This document shows positions 25,223 to 33,560 of a stretch of DNA of 33,815 nt, in pieces. The first letter of the stretch is position 1. The number at the start of each line of letters is the position of its first letter. The DNA is taken from the IMG/VR virus record IMGVR_UViG_3300025018_000364, positions 1 to 33,815 of that record. One strand, 5' to 3'. The notes beneath the pieces are model-generated. The model saw only the letters and a list, made by a program, of their open reading frames with translations, was not told where the DNA came from and did no database searches. The position numbers were made by a program, and so were the translations under genes. Source of the stretch: a virus. Taxonomy: Duplodnaviria; Caudoviricetes.

Positions 25223-25549
25223 TTATTGTTGTTTAACAAAGGAAAACATTAAGGCAAAAGGTTTTTTATAGTACGGGATACCCCAAAGTCTATTTTGTAG
25301 GGATGTTTCTTTCTGAAAATAGCAAGAGGATGGGGAACCGTTTTGTTGAATGATAACCATTGTCTCTAGTTGTTTTCTCTCTTTGAATGTCCACCAATAC
25401 AATTTGTTGATCGGATTCTGTCGATTGAAAAAGAATTTGCCTATTGGACGCAGTATCTTTTTGCCGATTGTTCTTGGGTGTCCGCAACCTATATTAAACC
25501 ACCAACATGGATATTGTATGCTTTTATTTATTTGTTGTATCAAATCCAT
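25223..25549 (-). CDS. AT-rich inserted (moron-like) gene
   Basis: W/F/K-rich 108 aa; visibly more AT-rich than flanks. Confidence 0.5.
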   Translation of the reverse strand: MDLIQQINKSIQYPCWWFNIGCGHPRTIGKKILRPIGKFFFNRQNPINKLYWWTFKERKQLETMVIIQQNGSPSSCYFQKETSLQNRLWGIPYYKKPFALMFSFVKQQ

Positions 25550-25550
25550 A

Positions 25551-27587
25551 TTAAGACATGATTCCACTTAGAGCTTGGGAGGTGCTAGCAGTAGCTTGTG
25601 GTGTGCCTGACCCTTCAAAAGGCTTGGCTGATGATTCCTGCTGTTTCTGTCTTGAAACAGGCTGACCCTCGATAGACTGGTCTGCTTTCGCTTGCTCCTG
25701 CACGCCGAGCTGTTGAAGTCCTTGCTGTGTCTGCATTTTTGTAATGTTGCGAGCCATGTTCTGCAAGACAATCTTCTGATGAGCTTGGACGTATGCAAGC
25801 AATTTGTCTGACATTTCTTTCTTCTTCTTGTCCACTCCTTTTTCACGCCCCTTACTGTCGAGCTTGATGTAGTTCAGGTTCTCTCGAACGTAGTCAAGAA
25901 TACGTTGCATATACATCTGGTCTGCGTCCATATTGAGCACGAGAGGTCGTCCGAGGATCACGTCTTGGATAGCTTGGTCTGCTTCTTCCATAAGTTCTTG
26001 GTTAGCTTGGTTCTGTGAATCAAGAGCGTAGGTGATTTCATCTTCGTCAAACCCTGCGATACGCATTCGTTCCTTAATCATCCACACAGGGTTCAACTTG
26101 TCTGGGTAGGCACCTGACAACTCTTGCATAGCCTTGCTCTTACGTTCCTTGTCCACTTCGGTTTCTTCGGCTTCTTTTGAGCCGCCGTGAACAATCACGT
26201 CATCCACGTCATCAACATCTTTCAGCTCAAAGCGTTCAAGCTGTTGGAGTTTGATTCCTGACTTGCCCAACATCTCGACTTGCTTGTCTTCAGTTAGGTG
26301 TTCCTTGAGTCCCCAAAAATAGCGGTAGCCTTTGTGTGAATAAGACTCCGAGTATTCCTTGTTGATGATTCCGATTCGATCTGCTTCCTGCTGTAACTGT
26401 CCGTAGAACACACCTACCTTAGCGTCTGATTCACGGATAGACGGGTCTGATACACCTGATGAGGACTGCATGAGGTTGTCGAGGTAATTCACCACGTCAA
26501 ACGTCATGGAAGCTTGTGGGGTTTCAATCGTTACCATGTTTGGATCACGTCCTGGGTTGCGTAGTACGACGTTGTCTGGGATGTAGTCCTGCAACTCGTT
26601 GATGTTCACCAAAGAACCAGAATCAACCATTCGCATTGGTCGTGTCTGTCGCTTAGCGTTCTCTAAGGCGTTGTTGAGTAGGAATCGTGCCGCTTCTGCT
26701 AATGGGAAGAAGTCATCACCCGGACTCTTTGACCAGAATGAATACTCGTCATAGTGCGTTGCCCATGAGATATACGGAGTCTTGCCGTTCTCGAACACGT
26801 CCTCCAGCTTCTCAGCTCGTACCCATAGACGAGTCTTTGGATCGAACAGAAGATAGAACCACTCGTCTTCATGACGCATGATCCACTCGGTCATGTTCAC
26901 TCCTTTCTGTCCAACAAAGCTTGTACGCTCTACGTCCATGCCTGTTGCTTTCAATCGGTCGTAACGGTACTGCTTCACGTCTTGATCTCCGTCTGCTTGT
27001 GTCCCCTCAACACTTAGAAGCTGTGCGACGTTTTGCTTGTCGTAAAAACCTGCCTTAGCGAGTGCTTGCAGAGAGGTTGTCGTTTTGAAAATATCTGTCT
27101 CTCCGTGATAGTTCCCGTCCTCTAACCATCCACGAGTAGGATCAGCGACGAACGCATAGGGATCTACTACGTCGTAATGGCTTTTATATTTATTGCCGAC
27201 GCTGGAGGCGTACACCTTAGCGATTCCACGTCCTGAAAGAAGGGCGAGCTTCTTCTCGGATCGGTCTTTGCGGTTCCAACCAGCTCGGGAGGAAGACATC
27301 TCCTGTACCCACGAGGCTTTGACCTTCTCGGACAATGTCTTGCGGTTAGGGATAGCAAACTCTAGGTCTGGTGGGTTGTCGATCTTAGACAACAAAAGCT
27401 CGATCTGTCGAGCGTAAAAGGAAAATGGAATGTTGAAAATATCACCGTCTACCTGAATGGTTTTGTTGTTGTAGAGATCGTTCATCTCAACAAGCGTATC
27501 CATTCGGTTCTTTTTGGCTTGTAAGCCTTCTTCAAGTTGTTGCGTCGCCGTTCGCACCAGCTCGTCTGCTAGTGTGCGAGATAACAT
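25551..27587 (-). CDS. Portal protein
   Basis: 678 aa after the terminase; LLSGRGIAKV, VVDPYAFVADP; Q-rich C-terminus as in podovirus portals. Confidence 0.85.
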   Translation of the reverse strand: MLSRTLADELVRTATQQLEEGLQAKKNRMDTLVEMNDLYNNKTIQVDGDIFNIPFSFYARQIELLLSKIDNPPDLEFAIPNRKTLSEKVKASWVQEMSSSRAGWNRKDRSEKKLALLSGRGIAKVYASSVGNKYKSHYDVVDPYAFVADPTRGWLEDGNYHGETDIFKTTTSLQALAKAGFYDKQNVAQLLSVEGTQADGDQDVKQYRYDRLKATGMDVERTSFVGQKGVNMTEWIMRHEDEWFYLLFDPKTRLWVRAEKLEDVFENGKTPYISWATHYDEYSFWSKSPGDDFFPLAEAARFLLNNALENAKRQTRPMRMVDSGSLVNINELQDYIPDNVVLRNPGRDPNMVTIETPQASMTFDVVNYLDNLMQSSSGVSDPSIRESDAKVGVFYGQLQQEADRIGIINKEYSESYSHKGYRYFWGLKEHLTEDKQVEMLGKSGIKLQQLERFELKDVDDVDDVIVHGGSKEAEETEVDKERKSKAMQELSGAYPDKLNPVWMIKERMRIAGFDEDEITYALDSQNQANQELMEEADQAIQDVILGRPLVLNMDADQMYMQRILDYVRENLNYIKLDSKGREKGVDKKKKEMSDKLLAYVQAHQKIVLQNMARNITKMQTQQGLQQLGVQEQAKADQSIEGQPVSRQKQQESSAKPFEGSGTPQATASTSQALSGIMS

Positions 27588-27591
27588 AGTT

Positions 27592-27783
27592 TTATAATTT
27601 GTCTTCAGTAAGACGAGTGGCTAGTATGCACGAAAAGATACACACTAGAACAAAAATGTTGAAAAGTAATGATTTTACAAAGTTAGTTTTGAAAATATAA
27701 ATCTCCAAAGCAACAACTACCAAAACAAGAAAGGTGATTATTAAGTAGGAGGACAGTCTCATATGTTTCATATTTCTAACCAT
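27592..27783 (-). CDS. AT-rich two-TM membrane protein (moron-like)
   Basis: Two hydrophobic stretches; sits between terminase and portal. Confidence 0.55.
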   Translation of the reverse strand: MVRNMKHMRLSSYLIITFLVLVVVALEIYIFKTNFVKSLLFNIFVLVCIFSCILATRLTEDKL

Positions 27784-29077
27784 ACTTCGTAATTTTAACG
27801 TGTTCTTTTGATCGTTTTTGAATGCTTGCTGTCTTGTAGTGATTGTGCCCTACGGCTAGATAACGGAAAGCGTCTGACCCATGCGAACTCCAGTCGTGAT
27901 CTGGTCTAGTCTTGTACACCTTGCGTTTCTCATCGTATTCCTTGTGATAATTAGCAAGTGTCTCTAATCCACGCTTACATTTTACCACATCGAACCAACA
28001 ACGAGAAAGCAAAATACGTGTGGCTTGAATCCCGTCGTCTACGGATAGGTTAGGAACTATCAGGATTGGATTAAGTCCTAGCTTCTGTGCCGTCTCCTTC
28101 CGTGATACTCCGGTTGATAATTCTCGTGCTTCCCCGTCGTGTGGCCAGTAGTGATCCCCGTACACGTACCCCTTTGTTTGGAGATGTGCGACGTAATACG
28201 GCACTCCTTCACCTTCTGATTCTAGATAGTCAATAACGTGTATCTCGTTGCCGATTGACTGTGTGAACCAGATCGCCATAGCGTCGCCCACTCCCAAATC
28301 CCACCATGTATCAACGGGAACGCTTGAATCATACGGTACTTCCTTGATTCTGTTCTTTTCCTTAGCTTCTTGGAGTAACTGTCCATAGTAACTTCCTTGG
28401 ACACTTGCCTCGAAGGAACAGAAGTATTCCTGTTGAAAAATAGCGTCGTCTCCGTTCTTGGCGATGATCTCTTTCTTCTCTTGGTCTAAAACGCTCTGGG
28501 GGATCGCTTTGGTATCGTCTGCGGTTAGAACTTGCGTAAACCAATTAGGATCGCTCTCAGCGAAGCGTAGGAGGTCGTAGGCGTGGTTCTTGCCACGAGG
28601 AGTGAAGTTAAATCCTGCCCATCCACCGTTCTCAGCAAGAATCGGTCTAATGAAGTCCCATGCTCTTGGGTCTTGTAGGGAAAACTCTGAGAAGATCACA
28701 CCCATTGGGTTTGTACCGACGATTGAGTCGATATTATCTGACCCTACGATCTGAAAGGTTGAACCGTTGACCATCTCAATAAACATCTCTGTCTCGTTGG
28801 TTTTGGTTCGCAATTCCTTAGGTAAGTGATCCATGAACCTAAACCCCTCCTTGTCTGCGCCATTCCAGATAATCTTCTTGCCTTGCGTGTAGGTCGGGAA
28901 GACGTAGAAGTAAGCCCCAACACGTTCAAACATCTTCTTGGTGATGATGTTGATCGCCGTCTTATCCTTGCCTGCTCGTCTGTGCCACACCCAAATAAAA
29001 CGATTGATCCCATTGTCTACTGCCTTGAGTAGTGGGAGCTGGTAGTCCCGTGGTTCGTAGTTAAACGGAATCCTCAT
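27776..29077 (-). CDS. terL: Terminase large subunit
   Basis: PRDYQ, Walker A HRRAGKD, Walker B VIFSE, FTPRGKN, nuclease WDLGVGD, SHGSDAFRY. Confidence 0.96.
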   Translation of the reverse strand: MRIPFNYEPRDYQLPLLKAVDNGINRFIWVWHRRAGKDKTAINIITKKMFERVGAYFYVFPTYTQGKKIIWNGADKEGFRFMDHLPKELRTKTNETEMFIEMVNGSTFQIVGSDNIDSIVGTNPMGVIFSEFSLQDPRAWDFIRPILAENGGWAGFNFTPRGKNHAYDLLRFAESDPNWFTQVLTADDTKAIPQSVLDQEKKEIIAKNGDDAIFQQEYFCSFEASVQGSYYGQLLQEAKEKNRIKEVPYDSSVPVDTWWDLGVGDAMAIWFTQSIGNEIHVIDYLESEGEGVPYYVAHLQTKGYVYGDHYWPHDGEARELSTGVSRKETAQKLGLNPILIVPNLSVDDGIQATRILLSRCWFDVVKCKRGLETLANYHKEYDEKRKVYKTRPDHDWSSHGSDAFRYLAVGHNHYKTASIQKRSKEHVKITKYG

Positions 29078-29441
29078 TTGGTACTGTTGGTAAATCCATG
29101 AATTCTAAAGATTCTATAATACTTACCATTCCACAAACATCATTTTGCATTTTTACCATCTTTTTATGCCCTGCCTCAGCCTGATCCCATGTGTCATGAA
29201 ATGTAACCCAGTTTGTTTTGTTAGATTTTGTATAAAAAGTTATTGTCTTAAACCAGTATGTTATTCCGTTAAAATCATGAGCTATCCCAAGAAAACAAGT
29301 AAAGACACAAACTTCTGGCTCTTTTTTAATAACATCATAACCAACAACCTGATTTGCTTTAAGCATCCAATTCTCCCATTTAACAAGGTCTTGTTCTAAA
29401 ACAACTTCATTATTCTCATTCAAAATTGCTTTTTTGTTCAT
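29061..29441 (-). CDS. AT-rich inserted hypothetical phage protein
   Basis: VFTCFLGIAHDF...TWDQAEAGH resembles a widespread small phage family; lies between the terminase genes; likely ATG at 29441. Confidence 0.6.
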   Translation of the reverse strand: MNKKAILNENNEVVLEQDLVKWENWMLKANQVVGYDVIKKEPEVCVFTCFLGIAHDFNGITYWFKTITFYTKSNKTNWVTFHDTWDQAEAGHKKMVKMQNDVCGMVSIIESLEFMDLPTVPNEDSV

Positions 29442-29502
29442 AAAAAATCTTTTATAGAGAATTTGTTTTGTGAGCGTGGAAGCGGTTGGCATTGAACAGG
29501 TG

Positions 29503-29901
29503 TCATATAGAGTCTTCGTCTTGTTTATCTGCGTAATTGACAAGGGTAATGCTCACATCTCCTTGTATTGGTTGGGTTGATTTTCCGTAGGCTCTGTCAA
29601 TCATCTTTTCCATTGTGTCGAATCCCCTGTTCTTTAGCAATTCTCGACAAACGATTCGTAGCAACATTGGGGCGGTCTTATCGTTGGCTGTCACCTTCAT
29701 CTCATCCTCGCTCATGTCCATAGCTCTGGTGTAAGCAAGGTCTATGTCTGTCTTTGAGGCACGTCCTTTTCCTTGTTTATCCCACTCATCCAAAAGACGC
29801 CGAAGTGATGACTTCGGTCTTCCTACGTCTGGAGAAGCAGGATCGCCTTTCTCTCGCTGATTGATTGCGCCTCCATGAGCTTGTGGTACAAGTTTAGCCA
29901 T
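29503..29901 (-). CDS. terS: Terminase small subunit (putative)
   Basis: GRPK N-terminal motif; IDRAYGKSTQPI C-terminal motif; upstream of terL. Confidence 0.75.
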   Translation of the reverse strand: MAKLVPQAHGGAINQREKGDPASPDVGRPKSSLRRLLDEWDKQGKGRASKTDIDLAYTRAMDMSEDEMKVTANDKTAPMLLRIVCRELLKNRGFDTMEKMIDRAYGKSTQPIQGDVSITLVNYADKQDEDSI

Positions 29902-29923
29902 TTCCTTTATTTTGCCTTTATTT

Positions 29924-30580
29924 TTACGACACTTGTTTTAGCTCACTCCATGCCATTCCATCCTCACGAATTGGATCACCGCCTGTTAGAGCAACCCAAC
30001 GGTTGAGGATGACATCACAATAAGATTCCTGCAACTCTAAAATATAGCATTTACGGTTGGTTTGCTCACAAGCAATCAATGTGCTTCCGCTTCCACCGAA
30101 GAGATCGAGAACAATATCTTCCTCATTAGAAAACATCTCAATAATTTTTGCTATCATTTGTGCTGGTTTTTGAGTTGGGTGTACTCGCTTCTCACGTTCA
30201 CCCTTCTGAACCATCCCCATCCAAGTGTGTCTGATCATTTTTGCAGGTACATCGAAAGAAGTCCAAGCCATCTCGAAATCTGAAAAATTATCGTCCCAGT
30301 CCCTCTCCTTTTTATCCCATACAATCCATCCCTTTGATGGGGGTAGAAAATCTGTAAAGTAATTTCCTCCCCATATAACCATTTTCGTCACGCCAAGTGC
30401 AATAATAATGTCGTAAACCATTCTCGCGGTATCTGTCGTTTCATCACCAATAATAGGGCTGTATTTATTCGCCTTAACAATATTACTGGCTCCGTCGGAG
30501 CCAAACGATTTTGCACCTCCTATACTTTTATGAACAACATCAATCCCGTAAGGAGGATCAATGATCGCTATAATCTTCAT
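29924..30580 (-). CDS. Orphan N6-A/N4-C DNA methyltransferase (beta class)
   Basis: DPPY, HPTQKP, DLFGGSGST. Confidence 0.9.
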   Translation of the reverse strand: MKIIAIIDPPYGIDVVHKSIGGAKSFGSDGASNIVKANKYSPIIGDETTDTARMVYDIIIALGVTKMVIWGGNYFTDFLPPSKGWIVWDKKERDWDDNFSDFEMAWTSFDVPAKMIRHTWMGMVQKGEREKRVHPTQKPAQMIAKIIEMFSNEEDIVLDLFGGSGSTLIACEQTNRKCYILELQESYCDVILNRWVALTGGDPIREDGMAWSELKQVS

Positions 30581-30741
30581 ATCTCACTCTCCTCAATAAT
30601 AGGCTGGCTATCCACCTTACCGTTTGCCACCATTTCATCGCTTGCTCTCTGGGCTGATTCTCGATCCTTGTAGTGGGCAGATTCTGGAATGCTCTTTCCG
30701 CTTTTGGTTATCTTTTCCCATGAAAGCTTGAAGGTCTTCAT
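30577..30741 (-). CDS. Small hypothetical protein (54 aa; not in ORF track)
   Basis: MKTFKLSWEKITKSGKSIPESAHYKDRESAQRASDEMVANG...; ATGA overlap with the methyltransferase. Confidence 0.6.
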   Translation of the reverse strand: MKTFKLSWEKITKSGKSIPESAHYKDRESAQRASDEMVANGKVDSQPIIEESEI

Positions 30742-30747
30742 AATTAC

Positions 30748-31086
30748 TTAAATTTTATCGCAAAAAGGCTTGATTGTAAACATAATGTAATCCTCTCCCT
30801 TTTTCACCTTCTGTTTCTTGAGACTTAGCTCGTAAATCCGGGAATCATTGAACCCGTATTGCTTTTGCAAAATATCCAGTAAAGGCTTGGTTGGGTTGTC
30901 TACGTCTGATTGGACGGAACTGAATCCGTACTCTATGTCTAAACTCAATTTTCCTTCTGGGATTGGGTAATAAGCCGGAAGGAGATAACCAAGTGTTTTT
31001 TCGTAGGCTTTATATTCTGGAGTCTTGAACCTACGCCCACGCCACACCTTATTTACAGAAAGAGGTTTTATTTTTATTTTAACCAT
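30748..31086 (-). CDS. rusA: RusA-family Holliday junction resolvase
   Basis: PLSVN; DVDNPTKPLLDIL...FNDSRI catalytic Asp motif. Confidence 0.88.
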   Translation of the reverse strand: MVKIKIKPLSVNKVWRGRRFKTPEYKAYEKTLGYLLPAYYPIPEGKLSLDIEYGFSSVQSDVDNPTKPLLDILQKQYGFNDSRIYELSLKKQKVKKGEDYIMFTIKPFCDKI

Positions 31087-31094
31087 ATATTTTA

Positions 31095-31123
31095 TTGACA
31101 AATCCCCCCTTATGCGTTACCTT
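31095..31123 (+). promoter_or_regulatory. Sigma70-like promoter
   Basis: TTGACA-17 nt-TACCTT. Confidence 0.55.
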
Positions 31124-31442
31124 GAGAGTACTGACGGGGTGTCAGATTCTCTGTGGGAGGCAGGCATTTAGTAGGTGTCTGTTTTTCTTTTGCTCTGTGG
31201 AGTACGACCAGGTTGACGGGGTTGTGCCATACAGGAGCGACCTGTATGGAATCAGAGCCTGGATTTTCCCACAGCCACAAGGCAAAAGATTGTCATCGGT
31301 ATGCTTCTTCCTCTCGCCGGATGTTAACCGGACAACGAACTAGGCGTTCGGGTTTTGGAAGTAAATGGGTTATTTCTATGCCGGAAACCGCCGGTAGAAC
31401 CGAGTTTTTAGCGTGGGGATCAGGTTTCTATTTTTCCACGAC

Positions 31443-31469
31443 AGAGGTCTTTTATAAGAACCTCTTTTT
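31443..31469 (+). terminator. Intrinsic terminator-like hairpin
   Basis: AGAGGT...ACCTCT followed by a T-run. Confidence 0.5.
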
Positions 31470-31472
31470 AAG

Positions 31473-31661
31473 TTATTTCAGTATACCAAATCGACGGAGT
31501 AACTGTTTGATCGCTTCAATGGCTCCCTCGTCTTTATAAACATCCCATAACATCTCATGGATAGGCATACAACAAAAAGGACACCTGTAAGTGTCTCTGT
31601 TGTGATATTCAATCTCAACACCCCATTCTTCACCGCATTGGTTACACAAAATGTCTTCCAT
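31473..31661 (-). CDS. Small Zn-ribbon protein
   Basis: CNQC...CPFC; ATG at 31661. Confidence 0.6.
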   Translation of the reverse strand: MEDILCNQCGEEWGVEIEYHNRDTYRCPFCCMPIHEMLWDVYKDEGAIEAIKQLLRRFGILK

Positions 31662-31798
31662 ATAATAAAACACTTCTATTGACCCAACCCGATTGGAAAG
31701 TGCACACAACTAGGCACCGCCCTGTCGGGCTCGGATTGAGTCAGCAAAAGTGTTTTTTGTTGTGTTCCTGTTTCCAAGCAGGTCTTAATTGCAAAAAT

Positions 31799-31827
31799 AT
31801 GATACCACACCTCATTCATTCAGTCCA
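31799..31827 (-). promoter_or_regulatory. Sigma70-like promoter
   Basis: TGGACT-17 nt-TATCAT with TGn extension. Confidence 0.45.
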
Positions 31828-31853
31828 ACTGTGGAAAAACGCACACATATCCC

Positions 31854-32108
31854 TCATAACTTGATTGTCTTACGTTTTCTGATCCATGTTGTTGGAATCA
31901 TGATCGTATGGGCGAACTGTGGTTCTAGGAATCCTTCTGTGTTCATCTGGCTGGAGAGAATGAGATACTTGTCGTTTTCTTCTATGACCCAACCAATCTG
32001 TTTGACCAAATAGTCTACGTCCTTAGCCCAATCTAAAATCTCACCTTTTGTTCGCCACGTTTGGGTAGATGAAATAGCGTCAGTCCATTCAATGTAGATC
32101 AGTTTCAT
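31854..32108 (-). CDS. Conserved small phage protein
   Basis: IEWTDA...GWVIEE...IPTTWI pattern. Confidence 0.75.
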   Translation of the reverse strand: MKLIYIEWTDAISSTQTWRTKGEILDWAKDVDYLVKQIGWVIEENDKYLILSSQMNTEGFLEPQFAHTIMIPTTWIRKRKTIKL

Positions 32109-32305
32109 ATCCCTGCTTGCTTACGGATCTCAGCGAGGCAATCATCGAACCCTCGACCATAATTTTCAGGTTCCTTGAATCCATATCTCTCGCTAAAAAA
32201 CTTTTTCCGTTCAGGCAAAATCTCCGCTAGACGTTGCTTGAAATAGTTATCAAGCGACTTGAGTTCTGCCTCAGTACACGCCTCGTCCCAGATTTGATCT
32301 GTCAT
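32105..32305 (-). CDS. Hypothetical protein, first gene of the leftward arm
   Basis: 66 aa, GFDDCLAEI; ATGA-coupled. Confidence 0.7.
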   Translation of the reverse strand: MTDQIWDEACTEAELKSLDNYFKQRLAEILPERKKFFSERYGFKEPENYGRGFDDCLAEIRKQAGI

Positions 32306-32308
32306 ATA

Positions 32309-32342
32309 TTGACATCATACACCTTTTAGGCGTATATTGCAA
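32309..32342. promoter_or_regulatory. Overlapping divergent promoters
   Basis: + TTGACA(32309)-18 nt-TATATT(32333); - TTGCAA(32342)-17 nt-TATGAT(32319). Confidence 0.65.
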
Positions 32343-32378
32343 GGTGTCAATCTTTTAACGGCTGAAATTATTTAACAT

Positions 32379-32540
32379 ATGGAAAAACATACATTTAACA
32401 TCAAAGTACAGGCTCACTGCCTCGGATGTAAGAAAAGTGACCGAAAACACCACGCAAGGGGGTATTGTCGGCAGTGTTATGGCAAGGTCTGGTACAAAGA
32501 GCAATTAACAAAGGAAAAGGAAGAAATAGACTGTGGGTAA
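32379..32540 (+). CDS. Small Zn-finger protein (53 aa; not in ORF track)
   Basis: CLGC...HHARGYCRQCY. Confidence 0.7.
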   Translation: MEKHTFNIKVQAHCLGCKKSDRKHHARGYCRQCYGKVWYKEQLTKEKEEIDCG

Positions 32541-32546
32541 CTTCGC

Positions 32547-32575
32547 TTGACGTATTCCGCCTAATCAATTAAGAT
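32547..32575 (+). promoter_or_regulatory. Sigma70-like early promoter
   Basis: TTGACG-17 nt-TAAGAT. Confidence 0.65.
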
Positions 32576-32689
32576 AGTAGTAGAAGGGTCAAGAGACCTG
32601 ACAGGACTCCACCACCTCGACTACTCGGTCTAACTGACTAGCCTGAGGTGGGGTGTTCGCCATTTATCAAAAACATAAATCCCAAAAAT

Positions 32690-32941
32690 ATGTTTCTACT
32701 TCGTTCAGACTTCGTCCGTACCCCTAATAGGATCTGGGTCTACAATATCGCTCCTTTCGTACCAACACCTCGTGAGTGTATCTCCTGCACAGACATCTTT
32801 GTCCAAGACGATCAGCTCGTGTGTTACACCTGCCGGAAGAAGGCAGAAGCTAAGATTGACCTATTAATGACAGATGAATTTCAACCATGCCGAGGGTGTG
32901 GCTGGGATCACGACGATTATGAGTGTCCTAACCAACACTAG
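32690..32941 (+). CDS. Cys-rich Zn-binding protein
   Basis: CISC, CYTC, CRGC; ATG at 32690. Confidence 0.65.
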   Translation: MFLLRSDFVRTPNRIWVYNIAPFVPTPRECISCTDIFVQDDQLVCYTCRKKAEAKIDLLMTDEFQPCRGCGWDHDDYECPNQH

Positions 32942-32942
32942 T

Positions 32943-33143
32943 ATGGAAATGACACCAGGGCAGAACAGAGCGTTTGCCTACATTCTGTGGAAGAAACCAG
33001 AGAGCGTAGACGACTGGCTAACTATGGAGGAGTGGAAGCAAATCGCACCACAGCTAGACTATGGAACATCTAAAGACATTCTAAAGATGTTCGATAGCGA
33101 GAACTTTGACATGGCGATTAAACAACTCAAACACTTGTTATGA
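32943..33143 (+). CDS. Hypothetical protein
   Basis: 66 aa; starts one base after the upstream stop; ATGA overlap downstream. Confidence 0.7.
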   Translation: MEMTPGQNRAFAYILWKKPESVDDWLTMEEWKQIAPQLDYGTSKDILKMFDSENFDMAIKQLKHLL

Positions 33144-33559
33144 GCGAAGAAAAAATGACCCTCAACCAAAAGATTCTCATGATCCAACTTGAGATCAAGG
33201 CTATGAGCCGAGACAAGACGGGGTACAACTATAAGTATTTCGACATCAACCAAATTATCGCAGAGCTTAAACCCCTGATGAAGAAGCACGGACTATTGGT
33301 AATGCAACCATTGACTCAGGTGGACGGTAAGCCAGCACTTGAAACAATCGTAGCTTCTAGTGACGAAAAGCTATCCTGGACGACAATGTTGCCAACCAAC
33401 TCAAAAACAACTATCGGGACATCTAAGACTGGCGGACAATATACAGAGGTTGAAACAGACCCACAGAAGATGGGGGCAGTCATTACATACTACCGACGAT
33501 ACGCACTCCAATCTCTATTCTTACTCGAAGCCGAAGACCTCGACGGCGTAACGAAATAA
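33140..33559 (+). CDS. ERF-family single-strand annealing protein
   Basis: YKYFDINQII..LKPLMKKHGL; DPQKMGAVITYYRRYAL...EDLDG. Confidence 0.9.
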   Translation: MSEEKMTLNQKILMIQLEIKAMSRDKTGYNYKYFDINQIIAELKPLMKKHGLLVMQPLTQVDGKPALETIVASSDEKLSWTTMLPTNSKTTIGTSKTGGQYTEVETDPQKMGAVITYYRRYALQSLFLLEAEDLDGVTK

Positions 33560-33560
33560 T

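Noticed and set aside
8518-30580. Many 60-130 aa antisense or alternate-frame ORFs in the track
   Set aside because: Shadows of long, motif-supported minus-strand genes
31153-31539. 128-aa and 82-aa + strand ORFs
   Set aside because: Non-ATG starts, atypical composition, run through hairpins; the longer one overlaps an opposite-strand gene
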